DNA from: the human T2T-CHM13v2.0 reference genome, Homo sapiens
Length of the DNA: 64,000 bases
Assembly: GCF_009914755.1 (NCBI RefSeq)
Contig: NC_060925.1
Direction: 5' to 3' (one strand)
Of the stretch, positions 56,015 through 64,000 are shown piece after piece (position 1 is the stretch's first letter; each line of letters begins with the position of its first letter). The notes beneath the pieces were generated by a model. That model was not told where the DNA came from. It saw nothing but the letters and a program-made list of their open reading frames with translations, and ran no database searches. Position numbers and translations under genes: made by a program.

Positions 56015-58365
56015 GCCTTTCCAAAAGAGGCAATCAGATACGTATCTATCTCAGTGAGTAGAGGGTTGACTGAATAGAATGGGAGGCAGGTTTGCCCTAA
56101 GCAGCTCCCAGCTTGACTTTTCCCTTTAGCTTAGTGACTTGGGGGTCCCAAGGTTTATTTTCCTGTCACAGCAGTAAAGAGGAGTTTAATAGACAAGAGC
56201 CTGGCCACGCAACATGGGAGATTGGGTTAGTACTCAAATCAATCTCATCCAAAACTTGTAGGTCAGGGGTTTTTTAAAGGCAGTGTGGGGAAGGGGTGGG
56301 GGTGGCTAGACTTGCTCCTGATTGGTTGAGGCAGAGATGAAACCACAGCAGGTAGAAGCTGTCCTCCTAAGCGGAATCACTCCTGTGTGGGGCCACAGAA
56401 GCAGTTTGGCAGGTTCAGGTGCAATCATCAGTGTCAGACATGCAAAACACTGGAAAAGATATCTCAAAGGCTAATCTACAATAGTGGTGTTATCTGCAGG
56501 AATGGCTGGCAATTTACGTCTGCATCTTAGCAGGATCAGGCTGCTTTCTGCCCCCCAGACTGATGGCCTTTCATTACCTTTACAAAGCTGGTTGAATCTG
56601 GGGGAAGGGCTATTATCATTTAAACTATAACCTAAATGGCTTCCAATGTTAGCTCAGCCCAAAAGCCCAGGAATAATTAAGGGAAAGGCAAGATGGGGAG
56701 TGGGTTAGCTCAACTCACTGTTACAATTTTTCTCACTGATATGCTTTTTGCAAAGGTGGTTTCAGAAGCAGAGCCTGTGTGCTGCTTTTCAGCTTTGGCT
56801 GGGGAGCTTGAAACATACTCGTGCCTGGGTCCCTCCGCGTGGATTTTGATGTAATTGGTCGGGATGTGTCCAGGCATCAGGGTTTTTGAAAGTTCCGGGG
56901 TGATTCTAACCTGCAGGCAAGGAAAGAAGCATTGGTCTAGATGAGGAAATGGCACCCAAGCTCATTGGCTCACACGTGCCCTCTCTCACTCTTACATGTA
57001 AACACCACCATTGATTAAGCTTTTAGAGGAGGCACAGAGAGCAGAACACTTCAACCCTTTACTTCTCATGCATATTCAACGAGCATAACAGAAACAACTA
57101 GAGAACAGAAGCAACTGACAGATGTTACTGCACAATTCACAGAAATGGTAAAGCCCCTAAAGCAATGCAGTGGCCTCTGTGGGTTGACGGTGGTCAGAGG
57201 GGAGGTCAGGGGAGACTCTGCCTTGAAGCAAAAAGGGAGGTGGTAGATTTGGGAGCTGGGAAGCTGCAGGCTGCTTGGGGTAGATCGATGACCGCTCCTT
57301 CTAGGCTGTGGTGAATGGGAAATGGGCACTGGGGTGAAACTCCCCATGGGAAATGCCTTGAGACCTGGCTGGCCTGGAGTGAGTGGAGCAATGGGATCCC
57401 GGCCTAGGCAGAGTCCTGGGCTGGAAGCCCTAGGGCTCACTTCTCTGCCTCTGGGCAAAGTTGGACAAAAAGTGTCCTTTCCACACCAAAGATGTTCAAT
57501 CTTATTGGTTAAAAAGCAGCAGAGAAGGGTGTGGATGTATCCTCAGCTTGGACAGCCTCCTCTGGCCCAAGTCCTCCCTGGCATTGACTTCCATTCCTGG
57601 TGCCGACGATGGTGTTCATGTGGGTTGGTTTGTTTCCCTCATCAGTTCTGGGTGGAGGTGCGGGCCTCGAGTTATTGGGAGTGAGTCACTGGCAGCAGTC
57701 CTCTCTTGGATCCTCAGGCAGCCTCGCTCATGCTCTGAGGCACACGTTTAGGAAGACGTCAAATCCACTGATGGCCCTGGGGAATGAATAAGCCCCACCC
57801 TGTAGCAGTTGCTAAAAAAATCCAAGTGGCCAACAGAGTCTGATCACCTCTTTTCCTGTAACTTCCTTGCATCTTTCTTCCTCCCTAGGAATGGGGGCAA
57901 AGTCCTTGTATTCTTAAACCTCACATCCTGACCCTTCCTTCCAGGAAGCAAATGCTCTTACCCTATTGTGGAAAGTGAAAGTCAAGATCAGCATCCCTCC
58001 AGGCCTCCTGGTCCAGGCATTGCTCAGGCTCTCCCCTACTTAATCCTCCTGGGCTGTGGATTCTAGTGCAGATTCTGTGGACAGACAGCCTGACTCATAC
58101 CCAGCCCGTCCACTTACAAGCTGTGTGACTTTGCCTCAGTTCCTTAACCTCTCTGGGCCTCAGTTTCTTCATCTGTAAAGTGGGGATAATAATAGTGCCC
58201 ACCTCACAGGCTTGCTGAGAGGATTGGATGAGACACTTAGCCTTGTGCTTAGGCCTCAACTTCTGGTCTGCCACAGTGCCCAGATCCAGGGGTTCTATAA
58301 AATCCGTTAGAAAGGCCAGCGTGTCCTGACAAGGGACATTATAAGTCTCACTGCATTATTGCTTT

Positions 58366-58913
58366 TGTCAGAGGCGTTTGAACCAGAGCAACTCCATCTC
58401 GAATAGGGGCTGAGTAAAATGAGGCTGAGACCTACTGGGCTGCATTCCCAGACAGTTAAGGCATTCTAAGTCACAGGATGAGATAGGAGGTCAGCACAAG
58501 ATACAGGTCACAAAGACCTTGCTGATAAAACAGGTTGCATTAAAGAAGCCAGCTAAATCCTACCAAAAGCAAGATGACAACGAGAGTGAGCTCTGGTCAT
58601 CCTCACTGCTACACTCCCACCAGCGCCATGACAGTTTACAGATGCCATGGCAACGTCATGAAGTTACCCTCTATGGTCTAAAAAGGGAAGATATGAATAA
58701 CCCACCCCTTGTTTAGCATATAATCAATAAATAACCATAAAAATGGGCACCCAGCAACCCTTGGTGCTGCTCTGTCTATGGAGCAGCCATTCTTTTATTC
58801 CTCTACTTTCTTAATAAACTTGCTTTCACTTTATGGACTTGCCCTGAACTCTTTCTTGTGCGAGATCGAGAACCCTCTCTTAGGGTCTGGATCAGGACCC
58901 CTTTCCTGTCACA
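58366..58913 (+). mobile_element. MER41A-like ERV1 solo LTR
   Basis: tgtcagaggcgtttgaaccagagcaactccatc...ggacccctttcctgtcaca; 548 bp; TSD cttt. It lacks the tandem TTCCnGGAA block of MER41B. Confidence 0.85.
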
Positions 58914-59147
58914 CTTTTAAGGGGGCATGTCATAGGCCTTATAAACAGAGTATTTTAAAGCACTGACTTAGGTTGTGCTATCAGCAGGAATTAACTATTC
59001 AAGTGCAATTAGTTTATCTGATTATAAGACAGTATTTCTGAGTTTGGGCATTTTGATGGGCTGTTTGAAGTACCTATCAATGAGAACAAATGAAATATCT
59101 AAAGCATTTGCATTATATTGGTCATGAGAGAGAATTAAAATACTTAA

Positions 59148-60140
59148 GGCCAGGCATAGTGACTCACACCTATAACCCCACAAATTTGGGAGACTGAGGT
59201 GGGAAGATTGCTTGAAGCCAGGAGTTTGAGACCAGCCTGGCAATATAGCAAGGCTCTATTTCTACAAAAAACAAAAAACTTAGCCAGGTGTAGTGGTTTG
59301 TGCTTGTAGTTCTAGCTACTTGGGAGACTGAGGTGGGAGGATTGCTTGAGGCCAAGAGTTTGAGGCTTCAGTGAGCTATGATTGTAACTGTCCAATGGGT
59401 TCATCTTGCCCACTGCCTAGATCAGATTTATCAAGACAGGGAATTGCAACAGAAAAAGCATTTAATACACACAGAGCTAGCCAAACATGAGATGAATTTT
59501 ATTATTACTCAAATCAGCCTCCCCAAAAATTCAGAGGCTAGGGTTTTTGAAGGATAGTTTGGCAGGCACAGGGCGAGGGAAGGGGAAGGCTGACTCATTG
59601 GGGATGGAATCAGGGGTGTGGAAAACTGCTCTTGTGAGCACTGAGCCACTTCTGGGCGGAAGCCACAGAGGAGGGGCTGGTCCAGGTATCGGCAAAAGCT
59701 TGAAAAGACATCTCAAAAGGCCAGTCTTAGGTTGTACAATACTGATGTTATCTGCAGGAGTAATTGAGGAAGTTACAAGTGTTGTGACTTCTGGAATAAT
59801 GGTTGGTAATTATTTAACTACATCTGTATCTTAGCAGAATTCAAGCCCCTCTCATCCTCCTAAACTGGTGGCCTTTTATTAGTTTTACAAAGGCCAATTA
59901 ATTTTGGGAAGGGCTATTATCATTTAAACTATAAACTAAATTTCTCAACAAGTTAACTTAGCTCATGCCCAGGAATGAGCAAGGGCAGTTTGAAGATTAA
60001 AGGCAAGATGGAGTTGCTTAGATCAGATCTCTTTCACTGTCATAATTTCCTCACTGTTATGATTTTTGCAAAGGTGGTTTCATGATTGTGCCACTGCCCT
60101 CCAGCCTGGGTGACAGAGTGGGCCCTGTCTCTAAAAAAAC
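59148..60140 (+). mobile_element. AluJ split by an LTR (59148-59382 and 60083-60140)
   Basis: gtgagctatgat | LTR | tgattgtgccactgccctccagcctgggtgacagag rejoins as an Alu right arm. Confidence 0.88.
59383..60082 (-). mobile_element. LTR8-like ERV1 solo LTR inserted in the AluJ
   Basis: tgtaactgtccaatgggttc...cactgtcataatttcctcactgttatgatttttgcaaaggtggtttca; 4-bp TSD tgat. Confidence 0.8.
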
Positions 60141-60602
60141 ATTAAAACAAAATAAGTAAAAGTGACTGGTTCCCTCTGTAGCACCTGGTGCAGTCTCTTT
60201 CCCTAAGAGAGAGAGAGTTTCAGTTACCTTGCAGCCCAGGGCAGCCGTTTGTCCCCACCAAAACTAGGCAATCACTGTGGCAGAGCCTTGGGTTCTGGCC
60301 TCTGTGGCAGATGCTGGCAGTGGTGTGCTAGTTAGTGGCCCTCTGGAATACAGACAGGACCAATTCATAGAATCTGCCAATTTCCATGGTGTAAATATTC
60401 CCACCAAAGCTATTTCAGATCACCAGCGTGACAACACTGACTTGCACTGGAACAGGATACTCACACTCTGCTCTCACAAGCCTGTGCCAGCGAAAGATGC
60501 TAGCCTGGGAATCACATCTCTCTCCGTGGGAATTTTGCGGGGTCCCTGCACTGCTCTCCTTGCCCATACAGGAGGCCAGCCCAGGTTGTCCTACAGTCCT
60601 AG

Positions 60603-61586
<984 letters not shown>

Positions 61587-63018
61587 CTAGGGCCCAATGC
61601 TGCGTATCTAAACAAACAGGAATGAAAGGATAGGTAAGTGGCGCTGCAGTGTTAAGTTGCTCTAGCACGTGCTTCGGTTAGATTTTCGCCCATTCAGCCA
61701 TGTGGTGGGAGGGCAGAGAAAGCCAATTGTGCACAGAAGCTGGGACAGAGCATCGAATTCCCTGGAGAACATCAAATCCAGCCCAGGCTGGTTGGGGGTC
61801 TTAGGGACATGAGGTAGGTGACATGTTCATGAGACCATTGTTCTCATCAAGAGAAGCCTTGTTACATGGGGAGAAAATAGAAGGGGTGTGTGTGTGTGTG
61901 AGCATGCACAGGGTTCACTGACATCCCCGAGTAGGAATAGTGAAATTGAGTGTTCCAGACAAGGAGGAGATAGGAATTGTGTTCAGAGCCCAAAGGGTGA
62001 CGTTTTGGTTTTGGAGAAGTCATTGGTGGTCTTGATGAGTCATGACATGACATGGCATGTTCAGGGGACAGTGTGGCCAAGATGGAATGGGACTGTCATT
62101 AGTAAGGAGGAAGTCAAGAGGCTGAGAGGGAAGGGGAGGGCCATGGGTCATTCCAAGGACAGGTGACTCAAGGCATGACATGACATAACCAGGAGACCTA
62201 GAATTTTTTTAAAAACGAGATTTTTGAATGAAGGTAAAGGTAATGTTCTGGAAAAGGAAGTAAAGCAGTAAAGGACTAACCCTGTTTGAGCACTGTGGCT
62301 TGGTGGGCTTTGGGGGTGAGAGTGGCTTTGTGCTGTCAGAGAAGCAGGGCGCCCAGGGAAAAACATGAGTCAGAAGCAGCAGAAGTGAAGGCAGAGGTGC
62401 ACTTTAGCCCCATGCCATGCTTGCCACCCTAACAGCCTTTCAGGCAAGTCAGCGTGCCCTTGGTTTCCTAGCAGGCGCGCCCTCCCAGGTGGAGTCCTGG
62501 GGCTGAACACATCCCCTGGACCCACATGGAGTTTCCAGGATCTGAGTTCATGACACTAATTGCTGGTTTATCCTTTTCTCCTCCGGGGAAATTCTTACGG
62601 CTGGGAAGATTCCCTCTGATATTTTAGAAGAACATAATAATTAAGCATTTTAAGGGGAGGAGGCTTGTAGAAGTTCAAATTAGATGCTATATGGGGAAAT
62701 TATAGCTGCTGCCGCCAAGAAGCAGCAGCAAGAAAGGCTGTCAGCAAGAAGTTGCGTGCAACGGCGACAGGAATGGGCCCACTTTGGACCAGCAGGGCTA
62801 GGCGTGCTTCCCCTTCCTGCACCTCTGCCCATTCCACCTCAGGTCCAGGCGCTGCCCAGGGCCCAACAGACCAGGGAGCAGCTGGATTCTCATCTCCCAA
62901 AACCACACAAGAAGTCCTGGCCTTCTCAGATGGTGGGCATGAAGGGGTGGGACCCCCCACTCCATGGACCACCTTCCTCCTGTGTCTACCCCACCAGCAA
63001 ATCATGGGCAAGGAGGGC

Positions 63019-63120
63019 CATGGGGCTGCTGGTGAAATGGCACAGTTCCCTGATTCCCCTCGCAGGACATGGGGCTGCTGGTGAAATGGGACAGTTCCCT
63101 GATTCCCCTCGCAGGACATG
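63019..63120. repeat. 49-bp tandem duplication (2 copies, 1 mismatch)
   Basis: catggggctgctggtgaaatgg[c/g]acagttccctgattcccctcgcagga twice, followed by catg. Confidence 0.95.
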
Positions 63121-63824
63121 CGACAGGGGTGTTGCCTGCTTGGTCATCCTGCAGATCAAACCCCTGGCGGGAGCATGCAGACAGGAAGGTACAGAGGCTG
63201 GGGCGAGTGCTTTTGGGATCCTGCCCCACGCAGCATCTAGGGGCGGATGTCCGTGCCTCCCGAAGCCCAAGTGAGCAGTGTGTTACAGGCTCTTTCAGGT
63301 TTGCCATCTGCAGATGGCTTGTGTGTTAATCAGCTCAATGGACAAAGTGTGACAGCTTTCTCTATCATCTGGAGCTCTTGCCTAGTGTGCGGGAAAAATA
63401 GGATCACACGTGGTCTCGAAGGATGAGTGCAAGATTTTATTGAGTAGTGGAGGTGCCTCTCAGCAAGATGGATGGAGAGTCGGGAGGAGGCATGGAGTGG
63501 GAAGGTGGTCTTCCCCTGAAGTCCAGCTGTTCTCGGCCCCTTAGGTCCTTCTCTGCCGTGCTGCCCTACTGCTTTTTGTCGCTCTGTTCCTCTGCTCCTC
63601 TCCGTGTTCAGCCGCTTGTGTGTCTGAGCCTGCTAAGATCTGGGGTTTCTATGGGCACAAGATGGGGGGCATGACAGGCCAGAGTGGTCTTGGAAAATGC
63701 AACATTCGGACATAAAAACAGGAGTGCTTGTTCTCACTTAAGTCCGCAGGCACAGGCCTGAGGGTGGAGCCCCGGCGAGGGACTCCGCCCTTCTCTAGCC
63801 AGCACTTCCCTGCCCCCGTGTCCA
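63082..63824 (-). mobile_element. ERV1 solo LTR (LTR1/LTR27/LTR28/MER52 group)
   Basis: tgaaatgggacagttccctga... through ...gtcttggaaaatgcaacatt...gagggtggagccc...cagcacttccctgcccc; flanks ctgg/ctgc. Confidence 0.65.
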
Positions 63825-64000
63825 CTGCGTCTTCCCCCTGAGCTGTCGAGGCTGTTTTCAGGAGCCGGTGGTGAGGAATCCCAAGATGGGAAGATAGTGC
63901 CTCCTCCCTCCTCCCAGGCCTCCAGGAGGCTGCCCTCCAGGACAGAGGACAGAGAAGGGGAGATTCCTGCTGGCATTCTCTGCTGGTGTATGGGCTCTGA

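Larger units (their letters stand above)
49954..56170 (-). mobile_element. MER4A-like solo LTR in two pieces, 49954-50256 and 56015-56170
   Basis: tgtgaacc...atatctgagacagg...gtttattttgccaaggttaaggac...tttattttcctgtcaca; 4-bp TSD gcag at 49950 and 56171. Confidence 0.8.
49895..56764 (-). mobile_element. Outer ERV1 solo LTR (LTR8/MER4-group-like) in two pieces, 49895-49953 and 56171-56764
   Basis: Ends tgtaaccgctcaacaggttc... and ...ttttgcaaaggtggtttca. It resembles the LTR at 59383-60082. Flanks gcag/gaag. Confidence 0.65.

Noticed and set aside
58366-58913. MER41 as an interferon-gamma (STAT1) enhancer
   Set aside because: The tandem GAS motifs characteristic of MER41B are absent; this copy looks like MER41A.
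62684-63329. 196-aa ORF and overlapping ORFs with a repeated peptide
   Set aside because: The repetition comes from the 49-bp duplication and LTR sequence; there is no evidence of coding function.

Overview
Primate (almost certainly human) genomic DNA, not microbial. About the first half is the 3' part of DISP1 (Dispatched-1, the RND/sterol-sensing-domain Hedgehog exporter) on the + strand. It has six coding exons (8937-8966, 16485-16608, 17380-17507, 17873-17970, 20752-20849, 28252-31839) that splice at GT-AG junctions into one continuous frame, covering about residues 170-1524. The rest is intergenic, richer in GC and dense in repeats. It holds a two-LTR 5.76-kb HERV-H provirus (minus strand, LTR7 type) nested in a MER4-type LTR, which is nested in another ERV1 LTR. 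There are also solo LTRs (THE1C, MER41A, LTR8, MER4, MLT1A and others), about 16 Alus, a truncated L1PA and DNA-transposon fossils. Almost all short ORFs in the track come from Alu, L1 or LTR sequence or are antisense shadows. I see no new multi-gene system. The best unexplained structures are: (1) a tandem duplication of a DISP1 splice acceptor that creates a frameshifting decoy 41 nt upstream; (2) an Alu carrying two inserts copied from nearby DNA; (3) a 30-nt symmetric DISP1 microexon with candidate regulatory motifs; (4) poly(A) signals overlapping the DISP1 stop codon; (5) an LTR7up-like HERV-H pointing at the DISP1 3' end. Repeat subfamily names come from recalled consensus sequences and need Dfam/RepeatMasker confirmation.
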